Assembly (NCBI GenBank): GCA_951406725.2
Contig: OX597814.1
Coordinates: 21,948,001-22,012,000 of the forward strand
DNA: 64,000 nucleotides
DNA from: Octopus vulgaris
Lineage: Eukaryota
Direction of reading: 5' to 3'
Shown piece by piece: positions 12,142-25,950 of this stretch; the stretch's first letter is position 1; every line of letters starts with the position of its first letter. A model generated the notes under the pieces. It had not been told where the DNA came from. It did not search any database and saw only the letters and a list, made by a program, of their open reading frames with translations. A program made the translations under genes and the position numbers.

Positions 12142-12563
12142 GTATCCTTTCTTTAAAACCACTTTTATCTTTCTGTCTTTGAAATTTCAATTCATATTCT
12201 AAATATATTTCAACTGGGATAACCACAAAACCAGGCTCATTAAGTGCAGCTTAGTGTTTCAAATGCAAAAATAGAATTTTTTTTACAACCAGCGATAAAA
12301 GACAAAATTGACTTCAGAGGGATTTGAACACAGAACATAGCAGGCCATAACAAATATCACTTAGTATTTTGTTTGACACTGACTAAATTACCATGCAGTC
12401 TATTGGTTGAAATCAGTTAAAGAATAAAAGAACATCATACTTGCAATCCTTCCAACTCTTATCTAACAACACCATCCACCTCTCTTTTTTCACTCTGATA
12501 GTTTACTTGCACTACATTAACACACAGTAATGAAAATAAGATAATCATAAAATATATCAGATG

Positions 12564-12791
12564 ATTCTGTTGTGTCTGGGGAGAGTCATTTTCTTTTTGT
12601 GCCTTATAGTGTAACACACTCACCAGTAAAATTTCCACTTATTTCTTAGAGTCAAGACTATTGAAAAGGTTGCAAGACGCAAAGAAAATTTTAGGAAAAA
12701 ATAAATAAGAAATAAGTGGAAATTTTACCGGTGAGTGTGTTACATTATAAGGCACAAAAAAAAAAATGACTCTCTCCAGACACAACAGAAT
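12564..12791. repeat. Long inverted repeat (arms 12564-12648 / 12706-12791)
   Basis: ~85-bp arms are reverse complements with few mismatches; ~57-bp loop. Confidence 0.9.
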
Positions 12792-13520
12792 ATGCTTCAA
12801 CACACGAACTCATATAAAGAATCTTGCAAACCAAATCCAAAAACGAAATATCAGATGATGAGAACTGACAAATTATAATCCTCAAATATACACAGGAGCT
12901 GTGACAGCACTGTGCACTGAGGGACTTTGATGTTATAGACTGTGAAAAAGGAATAGGAGTGTACAGTGTGTATGCTTGACAATGTACAATATGACTTTTA
13001 CCATGATGCAGCAATCTTTATTGCAGTTTACTATTTCTAATCAAATCCTTTGTCAAATACATACAAGAAAGAATAGATTACATCCACTCTAGGTGAATTT
13101 ACACAGTACAACCTATAACAACAACTAAAGCTTTATTGTCTATTGTCTCTCACACTCTTCTGATTACTTAGCTGCAAAGACATTATATTCACACTTTAAA
13201 CATGTTTCTTCAAGTACACCACTGCATAACATTACTTTCTTTTAGTCTCACACACACACATATATATGTGTTTATTCCATTACCACAGATCCAACAAAAT
13301 ACATTCTCTTTCACTTATGAACTTGTCAGCTGCCCCAATTGATTCCATGAGCAAAAGCCATAGACTTTGTTTGACTAATGGTGGTTATGGATTAAATGTG
13401 CTGACACTCAAACATCTGAGTTTTTCTTCTAAGTGGCCTGCCCATATTTCTATGAAGTTTTCATCACACTTGTCACACACATGCACACACACAGACACAC
13501 ACACACACATATATATATAT

Positions 13521-13770
13521 GGAGGCACGTGGCTTAGTGGTTAGGGTGTCAGCACCATGATCGTAAGATTGTGGTTTTGATGCCTGCACCAGGCAACGCG
13601 TTGTGTTCTTGAGCAAAACACTTAATTTCATGTTGCTCCAGTCCACTCAGTTGGGAAAAATGAATAACGCTGCAATGGATTGGCATACCATCCAGCTGGG
13701 GAACACATATGCCATAGAAACCAGGAAACCGGGCCCATGAGCCTGGTTAGGCTTTAAAAAAGTGCGCATT
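13521..13770 (+). mobile_element. tRNA-derived SINE, family D
   Basis: GGAGGCACGTGGCTTAGTGGTTAGGGTG head (A box) followed by TGTGTTCTTGAGCAAAACACTT central domain; related head at ~47070. Confidence 0.65.
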
Positions 13771-14171
13771 TATATATATATATATATACATATGTATGGA
13801 TGTATATATATGTATGTATATGTATGGATGTATATATATGTATGTATATATATGTATATATATATATGTATGTAAATATATGTATATATATATGTATGTA
13901 TGTATATATATGTATATATATATATGTATGTATATATGTGTATATATATATGTATGTATGTATATATATGTATATATATATGTATGTATGTATATATATG
14001 TATATATATATGTATATATATATGTATATATATATGTATATATATGTATATATATATGTATATATATGTATATATATGTATATATATATGTATATATATA
14101 TGTATATATATATATGTATATATATGTATATATTATTTTTATTTTATCGCAATTTGATTTGTTTATATATG

Positions 14172-14206
<35 letters not shown>

Positions 14207-14807
14207 GTATATGTATATGTATATATATATGTATATATATATGTATATATATATATATATGTATATGTATATGTATATATATATGTATATATATATGTAT
14301 ATATATATGTATATATATGTATATATATGTATATATATGTATGTATATATATATGTATGTATATATATATGTATGTATATATATATGTATATATATGTAT
14401 ATATATGTATATATATATGTATGTATATATATATGTATATATATGTATGTATATATATATGTATATATATGTATATATATATGTATATATATATGTGTAT
14501 ATATATATGTATGTATGTATATATATATGTATGTATATATATATGTATATATATATGTGTATATATATATGTATATATATATGTGTATATATATATGTGT
14601 ATATATATAAGTGTATATATATAAGTGTGTATATATATATGTGTATATATATATGTGTATATATATATGTGTATATATATATGTGTATATATATATGTGT
14701 ATATATATATGTATATATATATGTATATGTATATATGTATATATGTATATATGTATATGTGTATATGTATATGTGTATGTGTATATATATATATATATAT
14801 ATGTGTG

Positions 14808-14863
<56 letters not shown>

Positions 14864-14881
14864 CATATATATATATATATA
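13770..14881. repeat. ~1.1 kb complex (TA)n/(TATG)n microsatellite
   Basis: Seen directly; source of the Y/I/M-rich pseudo-ORFs. Confidence 0.97.
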
Positions 14882-15153
14882 ATGATTTCACTTAAGCATA
14901 GCCATACTAATAACCAGTTGTTGAAATTCAAAATGCTTCTGTTTTAGAGTAAAATGCCCAGGAAATACAAAGCATAATATCAATTAATGAATGACAAATG
15001 AGCAGGGGTTATATAAAGATCTTCTTGTGCAACACCCTAGAGCTTCCTAAAGCCATTAAAATGAAATATATGCTTATTTCAGAAAGTGTTATATATATAA
15101 TTAACTACTGATTAAATGATTCTTGATGTTGTTCCTTAATAAATTTTCTACAG

Positions 15154-15245
15154 ATATGGAATTCTTAGAAGTTCTCACGGAAGGTCTGGATCGTGTAGTA
15201 ATGGTGCGTGGCAGTGGTCGGGAAGTCGTCACAATATATTCTTAA
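15154..15245 (+). CDS. KCC: KCC terminal coding exon: (Y)[29 protein letters not shown]
   Basis: Canonical KCC C-terminus [25 protein letters not shown]; stop TAA 15243-15245. Confidence 0.97.
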
Positions 15246-16844
15246 TCAAGAAATACAGCTGCTGAAATGGACTCCAGATTTGTTGTAAACTGAAGCTCAT
15301 TTTTCCTCCCACCCACCTATTCTTTCCCATTTACCACCTCCTCTCTTGTACTGCTGACACTGAAGTTGAACACGAACAAAAATTGCTGATTAACAAAACT
15401 AGCTGTTGTTTCTTAATTAGAAATGTCTAAAATAGATAGATCCTGAATTCCTATGAATATGGAACTAACAGGAATGTATTTTTGGCAGTGACTGACATAC
15501 AATGTTGAAAAAGGAAGTTATACTCTAATTATTACCTCCCTTGTCTCTGTATACATCACATATATGAGACAAACCCAACAGCAATAGTGTTTGATATGGT
15601 GAGAGGATTAAAAATGAATTTTGACAAAAAAAAAATGTATCAGTTAACTTTCCCCTATTGGAGTATTTTTTAAAAGGAATTGCTGTCTATGATTTTTTAA
15701 TCACGATTTTACTTTGTTTATTTTTTATTGTTTTTTTTTTTTTTGTTTTTGTTTTAATCCACCTTTCTGTTAACGTGTTATTTTAATGGAAAGGTTTCTG
15801 CTGATCAGATAATCCTGACTGGTGGTTAATTATTGCTGCAAAACTTTTAAAATCATTTTTGTTGGGTTGTATTTATATTTTATTTTTCAATTTTAAGTGT
15901 TTATAATTCATTTCTTTTTCTAAATTATTTTTTCCTCTCCTTTTTGTCTTCAGAAATAATTTAAAATGTTTATTTTGTTACCAAAGAAATAGACAAATCT
16001 GATTTAATAGCAATACCAAACATGGTTTTTATCCTAACATTTTTTTTTTTATTTTGCTGCCATATGGTCATTTATAAACTCACCGAGAAACCAAATTTGT
16101 TTATTTAAATGGAATTATTCTAAATGTGATACCTCTCCAACACTTTATCCATAAATAAAGAAAACCCAAGACTATCAGGTGTCATATTATTTTTTAAAAG
16201 AACCTTCTGTAGGAGCCACTGTACATTGATTGTCTTTATTCTGTACAGGGTACCATTTAAGATAGCAAAATCTTTTTCTTCATTAACTTCTCAATCTTAA
16301 AGAATCCTCTATAAGAGAAGAAATATCCCAACATTCTAAATTCTATTTTTTGACTACTAGGATACGCATTTTGTTGGAAAAAAATTCTGTGTACTGACAC
16401 AAGCATATTCTTTCATTTATTGGCAGCTATTCTAGGGATAATTATTTAAATATTGTGATACACACTTGTAGGAATTTTTTATAGCCATCTCTTCTTTCTC
16501 TCCACATGCACATGCATTTTTTTTTTTAAATGTGCCATAAGTCCTTGTATGTATGAAGAAACATTACTTTTGGTCCGATGCTATTTCTTCAATTTCATAT
16601 TAGGAACTTATCCGATATGTTAGTCAATGAAACCTGTTTATTATCTGTTCTCTATCAATACTATAAAAACCCTCCTCAAACATCTCTAGGTCATTGGTAG
16701 TATAGTAATACTGCTTTGATACTGTTTCAACTTTGAATAACCTCTTGATAGTTTCCTTTTAGTATTTTAATTCTTAATAAACAATAATAAAATAAGAAAC
16801 TGCATTACACATTTAAGGTGCTTGACAAAAACTGATGGCTTTAG

Positions 16845-16891
<47 letters not shown>

Positions 16892-18049
16892 TAATAATAA
16901 CAATAATAATGTTCAATAAAAGTTTTTTACACTTTTTTTACATATCCTTTTGACCGATCTTATAGAAACACTTTAAAACTGCTAGATCTTAAATTTATAG
17001 TATAAACAAAAGTCTAAAACTGCCAGTGCTTAGCTTTATATCAGCAAAAACTATGATACAAATTGCTTAAGAAAAGTTTTTGGAATTGTAGCTTTTCTCC
17101 TTACCTTTGATTTTGTAATGTTGATATAAAAAAAACTGTCACATTTTGATTTTATATATGTATATATATAATAGGGTCTTTGTTTTCTTATTTTACTTTG
17201 TGCTGCATTTTAGCTTCTGTTGTTTTTGCCCCATTTGCATAAAACAATTTTTTCAACCCTTTTATCAACATCTGTTCTCTTTTAGTTCCTATGGGTTTTA
17301 AATACATCGATTTATAAGAGAGATGGCGGGTGGGGGTATAAGACTTTAATAAAAAGCCATTACAAATCACTGCTGATTAAGTTAATCAATGATACAAAAA
17401 CATAGATGAGTATAACAATAGTGTTGTCTGATCAGTTACAAGATGATGAACTGTGATCAAAATAAAATATGTACAAAGATAACATCATTTCTTTTTCTCT
17501 TTAATAAAACTCACACATTAGAGATGAATGTTATATTGAAACTGAATTTCATCATTTATCATTTGTCTTGCCATTTTTCCTCTTAATCCACCGTCTAAAA
17601 TTGAATTCACAATTAGTATATTGATATGCCAATCAGGGAAAAATATCTCAGATGGTTTCTTTATGTGCTCTAGTTACAATGCAAACTTATTGATGATGGT
17701 ATATACAGAAACATTACAACCAGCACTGTTTGCTTAAGCATCTGAGAAAAATAGACAGAGAAAGAGACAAACATTATTGTCCAAAACTATATAAGAAAAC
17801 AAAGCAAAATACCTGAACATACATAAACTAGTAATATTTTTTTACTTTTCCATTTATTTTTCACATAAAGATTTCTTGTGACATCGAAAACTCTCAAATC
17901 ACATTGATTCTAAAGGTTTTAGTCTTATTTATTTGCATTGCTATCATTGAGATATCTAATTTAACTGTTTCATACATCTACAAAGTGTACTATACCATAT
18001 TTATCGTTATATGTTTCTTTTCCTTAACATCAATAATTTCATTCATATT

Positions 18050-18680
18050 CTAACATATTTCTACCACATATTAGTAACATTTCTACATGTTTTTGCCACT
18101 TGACGCAAATGTTTACATATTTTTGCCCTTTGGCAGAAGCAGCTCTTCACATTTATGTCATCTGGAAGAAACAGCATTATACATATCTATCATGTGGTGG
18201 AAATATTTCTAAATATTTCTGCTACTTCATAGTAACAGCTCTACACATTTATCACTTGGGTAGAAACAACTCTATACATGTCTACTACAATGTAGAAACA
18301 ACTCTACACATTTCTATTACTTTGTAGAAATAACTCTACACATTTTTATCATTTGGTAGAAACAGCTCTCAACATTTCTACTACTTTGTACAAATAGCTC
18401 TTTACATTTCTATCAGTTGGTAGAAATAATCCGTACATTTCTGTCATCTGGTTGAAATAACTCAACATGTTTCTGTCCTATGGTTCGAAACAACTCTTCA
18501 CAATTCTGTCACTAAACAGAAGCATTTCTACATGTTTCTATCATTTGGAAACAACAGCTCTACATATTTCCATCAGCTTGTAGCAACATCTTTATACATG
18601 TCTACTCCTTGGTAGCAATGTTCCAAAACAAAGCAATGCAACAAACATGTTTCTACCACTTTGTAACAGCTCAAAATGTA
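18050..18680. repeat. Degenerate 32-bp minisatellite, consensus ~GTAGAAACAACTCTACACATTTCTATCATTTG
   Basis: Successive units at 32-nt spacing are clearest at 18292-18420 and decay outward. Confidence 0.85.
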
Positions 18681-21600
18681 ACATCAGATATTTTCTGCCA
18701 CTGATAAATAAACATCTCTGTATGTATATTCAGCACATTATCAGCTCTTGGTAATTATGAATTTTAGACTTGTTCTTTACTACATTTCTACATTTTAGTC
18801 ATAAAGGTCTGTTACTGTGTAGATCTAAGTCTTTTTGTTCTGTGAGTTATCTTTCCTTTTTCATTTTTCTGTGCTTTTTCGTGAAATCAAAATACAATTT
18901 TTTGTATTGTTTCTCTGTCTACACAAAAGAAATCAAAACAAATGGAATTGTTCCAGAAATCTCTATGTGGTTGTTGCTACTGTGATCCAAAATGTTACTC
19001 AGCTGTAAAAACAGAGGTAAGCAGTTGAGCCATTGATTCCCAAATTCCCCCTCCCAATATATACATACACACATACAAACTTATTTTATTCTAATCAGTA
19101 GTTATTGGAGAAAGAATTTTCACTAAATATTTGTTGAAGGAAAACTACGATAGGGCCATTCTTTAAAAGATTTCTACATATTCTTACACACCAAAAATTA
19201 AAAAAAAAAGGCAGTAGACTAAATTTCTTAAAGTATTTAGGTTTATCCTTCTACATTCTGTATTCAACTCTCATAAGGACTGATTTCATCTCTCATTTCT
19301 CCAACGTCAATAAAATAAATAATTATAGTACATAAATAATATTTACTCACCTTGATTCTAAACAGATTTTTATATGGAGACAATGTTAGAAATTTTTATT
19401 ATTCTTACAAAAAAGAAAGCAGGAAGGAAAAATTACAAAATACATAGGAAATGAATAATATAAGGTTATTTTACAATTTGAAAACAAACTTATTATAATA
19501 TTTGAAAATTTTCATATTACTTAATTTCTACCATTGAGAATGGCATGAATATCACTCACTCTCATTTCTTTTTCTCTGGAAAAGTGAAGATTTAAGCCAA
19601 TATAAAATTATTTTGATACAAATATATAGTAAAGGAATGTACTGAACAGAGATATTTAAGTTTGAAACTGTTATTGATAGGAATAAAATATCTTGAACAT
19701 GGTTTTTTTCTTTTATTCTCTCTCCTGACATAATTTGTTTTTCCTTTCTTCCTTGATAATTAAAACTATGGTGGAGTCTTCCTTGGTACATTCATTGACA
19801 ATATTTTAAAACCAAAGTGAAGTAAGGTTTAATAACGGTTCCTTGTAAGAATTTGATGTAAAATTAGTGATTTATAATAGGTTGTCAAAGTGATTTTGTA
19901 TTTACTTTCCTATTTCGCTCTGATCCTCTTTTGAATTTTAGCATAAACATTTGGATGGTAGACTTGATCTGTCACTTGGTTTAACAACCACAACCTGGTC
20001 CTTTGGTACCTTTGCCAGAAACCACACTATTGCAGTCATTCAGGCCAAGTGTCCAGATTGAAGATAATTTCCTTCCACCAATCCAGTCTGCTCAGAATAG
20101 TATCATAGGCATTACCCTTTCTTTTCTGACTAAGCCATTGAAAAAAAACACCTCAAATTTTCTTCATGAAATTCAATTTCTATATACTATTTCTTCATTT
20201 CCTTTTCTTTATTTTATGACCAAAATATTTTCTTAGAATTTTATTTACACATAAACTATTCTATTATTAATTTGCATGTGTGTTTGCATTTGTTTCCGAG
20301 TTTGTGCTTCTTTTTCAACAGTGAGAAACTCTATCAAGAAATGTTGCTGCACAGGGGCAGTTAGATCTATTAAGACTAAAACCAGTGTGCCAACATAAAA
20401 TGAAGCTTAATTTAACCATTAGAAAACTACTGTCTGTCAAAAAGAAATATCGATTCTCTAGATGCTAGATTTAAAAATTAAGTTATTTCCTTCTTAGTAC
20501 ATTTACCTACATCTTTTGATATCATGTCTCAGTTCTCCAAACTGCTGATTATTATTATTTTTTATTGATATGTGATACATCATTTATTGAAGAGTTCTAG
20601 CATCCATTAGATGAAATCTTTTGGATTTATCCCATCTTTTATCTACTGGGAAACATTTGCTGCTGACTATACATAAAATGTGATTCTTTAAAAATCTATA
20701 TCTGTTGATATTTAGTTTTTAAATTTAAAAAAAAATTCAAGATTGATTTGATTTCAAATATACTTGCTCTTCCATGCTACAAATACCATTCTTTTTATGG
20801 GGTTATTCAACTTCAGTCCAAACTGCAACTTCTGAATTTGTATGCCACATTCTGGATATACAGTGTCAGTATGTTAATTGGAATTTTTATTACATTTCTA
20901 TTTGATACATTAGTATGTTTAAAACGAAGTTTTAGTGAAATAATTTAAAAAGATTTCTCCAAACTGAACTGCTTGTTCCAGTTGGTTTTTCCACTTTATC
21001 AGTCTGTATTTAGTCGTCAGTCTGTTAAAAAAATAATGTCCCTTCCAATCATTGTCGTCTGACATTTATCACTTTGGAACATAGTTGGTTGTATAAATTA
21101 CATTCCTTTCCCCCAAAATATTAGTTCACTTGTAGTCCTTATTCACATTTAGCCCATCCTCCTTAGCAATATCTAAACACTGCACACCATATGTTGAAGC
21201 AAATTGCTAGCTTGTTTTTACACTAAGATAATTTATAAATATTTTCTTCATATAATAAATAATATTGGTCATAGAAATTGACATTTTAAAAAAGAATTGA
21301 CTTTTCAATTTTTAGTCTTTGAAATTAGATTAATAGTTTAATTACGCCAATCTTTAAACTGAATGGTATTAACTCAATGTACTATATCTTTTATTATTCA
21401 TTTATTTTTTATCTATAGTATATTTTAGTCTATATTGTAGTTCTGTAAAAATAGTAGGGAATAGAAGAGGCTAGCTATATAGCTCCACATCAGGTATCTA
21501 TTACCTGTAATGTCATTAAATGAATTAATAGCTAAAAAAAACAGTAAAATTCTTTTTCTCTAATCACTGTATTTATTATTGTCATGTGACAAAAAAAATT

Positions 21601-21848
21601 ATACATAACACTCATCTCTTTCAATTGACTCATTGTTGTCAAATTATTTCCATTAGGATTGAAGTTTACTGTTTATTCTGATCTGGAGCTGGTCTGTTTA
21701 CCTTTCTTCTCTTCCCAAACTTCATCATATATCTATTTATACATGATTTCAGACTGGCCAAAAGGTATAAATTGAAATTTTTCTATGTTAGCTATATAAT
21801 GATAATAAGACATACTTGTTTATATCAATTGGATGTCCTGACATTTAC

Positions 21849-21879
<31 letters not shown>

Positions 21880-22121
21880 AATATATATATAATGAATCTA
21901 ATGTATTTATTTCATGAGAATTGATCACCTTATGTCAAACAACCTTAAAGCATAAGTTGCCTGTGTCCTTTATATGACAGTTGACTAAAATACACTTGTT
22001 GCTGCTGTTATATGTAGTTTTTTTGTTTTTGTTTTTCTTCTCTTCACCGTATGGTTTTAAAGGAACCGGTGCTACTGAAACAAAGACTGAAAGGTTACAC
22101 GATTTTTTTATGCATATATAC

Positions 22122-22158
<37 letters not shown>

Positions 22159-22233
22159 AATATATGTATGCATATATGTATACTTACATATATATATATA
22201 TATATATATATACATAAATATATGTATACTTAC

Positions 22234-22305
<72 letters not shown>

Positions 22306-23018
22306 ATAACTAAATTCAAATTTTCACACCTTGTAACTTTCAAACAATTCTGGCTGTGGCATGGGTAGAAAATATCATCTCTTTTTTTAATTTCTCTTTT
22401 TACCAGCCATTGTTTTTCCTGGACATTAATATGTAACATGGATCATTGGATAATGAAGGAAGACACCTATTCAAATCATGTCCTCTCTTTAGGTTTTCCA
22501 TTCCATTTAAAATCTCCTTATACTACTGTTTAGTCATGAAAAAGTTTCTTTCATTTAGAACTGGAGTTGATATTATATATGCATGCATTCTTTTATTTTT
22601 TCTGCTGGTTTCCTAGCTGTTTACTATACTGCTCTATAATCATATCATTTTCCCCTCTCATTGGTTACTGGATAGTATCTCTCAGCACTAAGGAGCAATG
22701 TTTTTAAACATGATCTTTTATTATGCTTCTTACAGTAGTCAAATTTCTCTTTAAGGACTGTGGCAAGATTCTGTTTGGCATCTTTATATTATGGTTATAA
22801 TGACTATATCCTTGAAAACCTAACTGCACTATTACTTTAACAAGAGAATTCAAAAATACATCATGACTTTTTAAACACAAATGAAAAGATAAGTATTAAA
22901 TAAAAAGCATATGATATGAACCATTTCAAGTTTGCACTATGAAAGATGGTTAAACATTTTGTAGACCAGAAATATATATATATATATATGTAAGTGTGTA
23001 TATATATGTGTGTGTATG

Positions 23019-23055
<37 letters not shown>

Positions 23056-23569
23056 TAACTGTATTATATGTTTAATAAATTCATGTATATATAATATATA
23101 TGATAAATATATATATATTAGATATATATGTATATTTATCAAATATATAATATATACATATATAAATTTATCATATACGTAAGATTTATATCATGTATAT
23201 GATAAATAAATATATATATATATAATGTGTATGTATGTATGCACATAAATGTATGCATGTGTAGATATGTATATTTGTGCATGTGTATATATGTATATAT
23301 ATGTGTGTTTATATAATTTGTATGCATATGTATACATACGCACATTATATATATATATATATATTGTTTATATGTCAAAATATATATAAAAACAATTTAA
23401 CATTAAACTGAAGGGTTACGTGATACTTTCCAATAGAGCATATGTTTATTAAATTGTTGCAAGGAAAAAGTTGACAGTGACTTTGAAGTTTGTGGCTTAC
23501 TCACCTTTAGCAGCCTTCAAAATCATTGTCAACTATTTTCTTGTAAAAGTTTAATAAATAAACACAGAC

Positions 23570-23603
<34 letters not shown>

Positions 23604-24610
23604 ATATATATATATATATATATATATAATGATGTATAAAACTTAAGTTCTAGTTAAACTTGTGTTGTATAACAGGATCTCTTTACAAAACTAAAAGCCA
23701 TCAAAAGCTTTTGCTATTCTAAAATAATCTCGGTGATTTTCTTAGTCTTCCTATAGCTTTAAATAATTAGCGTAAATTCTTTTAAGAACCACATTTTCTA
23801 TTTTTTCATATTCTATGTTAACTGCTACATTTTGGAAATGATAATTTTAAAAGAAAATTTTCTAACTATTAAAAATGAAGATTACATACATTTTATAGCA
23901 AATGTCTTTATTTTTTATGCAATTGGAACAACTTAAAGGGAAAAGTTATATATTTAATTGCTAACAAAATATCTTTGAATATTGGCTAATGGCTAATTTT
24001 CTGGTCTACGTATTTATTGCTCTTTGCTAATGTAAAAAAAAACAAAAAAAACTGTCAGCAATACCAATCAAGGTAAAATTTCAATTTGAAAACCATGCTC
24101 CGTATCTGAACAAACTGCCAACCAATAAGACAAACAACTTACCTTCATCAATTTACTTACCTATCCATGATCCATGTTTTAGATCATCATCCCCCCAATG
24201 CAATCTAATGTATGTGTGTGATATAATGAAACCACATATCTCATTTCAAATTTTCTTGATATAGAGTCTAAATTGGTTGAAAATATATTTAAGTGTTTTA
24301 GAAATTTCAGAGTACCAATGATTTCTATTTTAATGGAATGTTATATTTCCTATGTTGAAAGTCTGTTGTAAACAAGTATGTCACTACACTTCCAGAATCC
24401 CCATTTTTATTATTTGGTAACAGTACCATGACACCTATCATGCTAAGGGCATGCAGTTACCATGACACAGCTGGACATTGTTCAGGATGTTTTAGGATCC
24501 TTAAATTCTCAAAATAATTGCTGTGTTACAAGTTATACTTGTTTTTATAAGTTGCTGGATATTTTATACATAGCCCAAAATATTGTATCCTTTCTATTTG
24601 AGAATGAGAC

Positions 24611-24616
24611 AATAAA
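24611..24616 (+). promoter_or_regulatory. Candidate distal polyadenylation signal of KCC
   Basis: AATAAA followed ~25-55 nt later by a U/GU-rich tract; lies at the end of the repeat-poor zone. Confidence 0.45.
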
Positions 24617-25779
24617 AGTCCCCTAAAACAAAATTTGATGTTTTTATGTTCATTCATTTTTTGTGTTATTTATAGAACAATACAATGTTGTTCTATTCAT
24701 TTGAGACTAACAAGCAGAAATTAGAAACTCAAAGACTGTGGTAAGTATAATCAGATTCTACAAAAAAGATTACCTGCCAGTGCTGATGACTTCCAACATC
24801 ATCATCAGCATCATCACCAGTATCACTGCCATCATTATCATCATCACTACTACCACCATCATCATCACCACCACCACCACCATCACCATGTCCATATATG
24901 TATTTTATTTACTGAGTAGAAAAATAAGCATGGTGAACTGACCGAGTTATTAGACAATCAGATTTTGGGGAATTTGTTCTGATTCACATTAAGTTCAAAT
25001 CCTGCTAGCATAAACTTTGCCTTTCATCGTTTTGGGGTCAGTATTAAAGTACCAATCCAAGGCAGTGGATTGGCAAAGCTGTTTGAGGATCAAGCAAGAT
25101 GCCTTGCAGCATTTGTTCCAGTTCTTTGTGTTCTGACAACACCTATAGTGATACTAGTGCCAAGCTGTATTGGCCCAAGTCAGTGGCCTATCGATTTGTT
25201 AAACGTGAGATGCAGGTGTGTTTGTGTGGTAAGAAGTTTGATTCTCAACCACATGTTTGTGTGTCCCTTGTGTAGCACCTTGGGCAAGTGTCTTCCACTA
25301 TAGTCTCAAGCCAACCAAACTCTTGTATGTGGATATGGTAGACAGAAGCTGGAAGAAGGCCATCATATATATATTTTTATTTTTTTACTATATATTTATA
25401 TTTTTTACTGCCCAGTGAAGCATGCACAGGATTACCCATCTGAAGAATTCAAGGAGTGACTAGCAACAAAATGGTAGATACAGATATTAAATGCTGACTA
25501 AAGTGGTTAGCTATTAACTGGAACTGGAACTCATTGCTGTTTTAGCCAGGAGACCAAATTGATAGTTTGGTAACCCACTAAAATAAACATTAAAAAAATC
25601 GCAAGAAAATAAACAGCTTTGCAAGAGGTGTGAAATTTAAGAAGTGACTTGTTGGAATATATATGTCTGTGAGGAGACATAACAAGAACAGCAAAAATCT
25701 ACTATACCAAAATAACTAGTAATACATACATTACAAGTGTTCCATGAAGAGAACATAAGATTGCTGCATAATTCATCAT

Positions 25780-25950
25780 GAATGTGAAACATCGTACAAG
25801 GTAAATGAAGGTTTCTGTAGGAACACTAAGTCATATTCACTTAGTGAGTTTAGATGCGCAAGGATGAATAATGTTGCTGTTGTTGTTGACGCTAGATGCA
25901 GCAAGAGCTGAGAGCGGTGATATTGGCGGTGAGGAATTTCATTGTGTTGT
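25780..25950 (-). mobile_element. Possible L1-type APE endonuclease N-terminus remnant
   Basis: Minus-strand MKFLTANI... and frameshifted EYDLVFLQ[E]TF resemble APE motifs I-II. Confidence 0.35.

Larger units (their letters stand above)
12142..15153 (+). other. U12-type (minor spliceosome) GT-AG intron, last intron of KCC
   Basis: Donor GTATCCTTT (12142-12150); branch site TTCCTTAAT (15132-15140) shortly upstream of CAG. Confidence 0.9.

Noticed and set aside
13747-14947. Long ORFs (up to 394 aa) on both strands
   Set aside because: Translation of (TA)n/(TATG)n microsatellite; lacks stops only because of composition
18050-18680. CRISPR-like regular spacing
   Set aside because: Contiguous degenerate units without unique spacers; eukaryotic context, no cas genes
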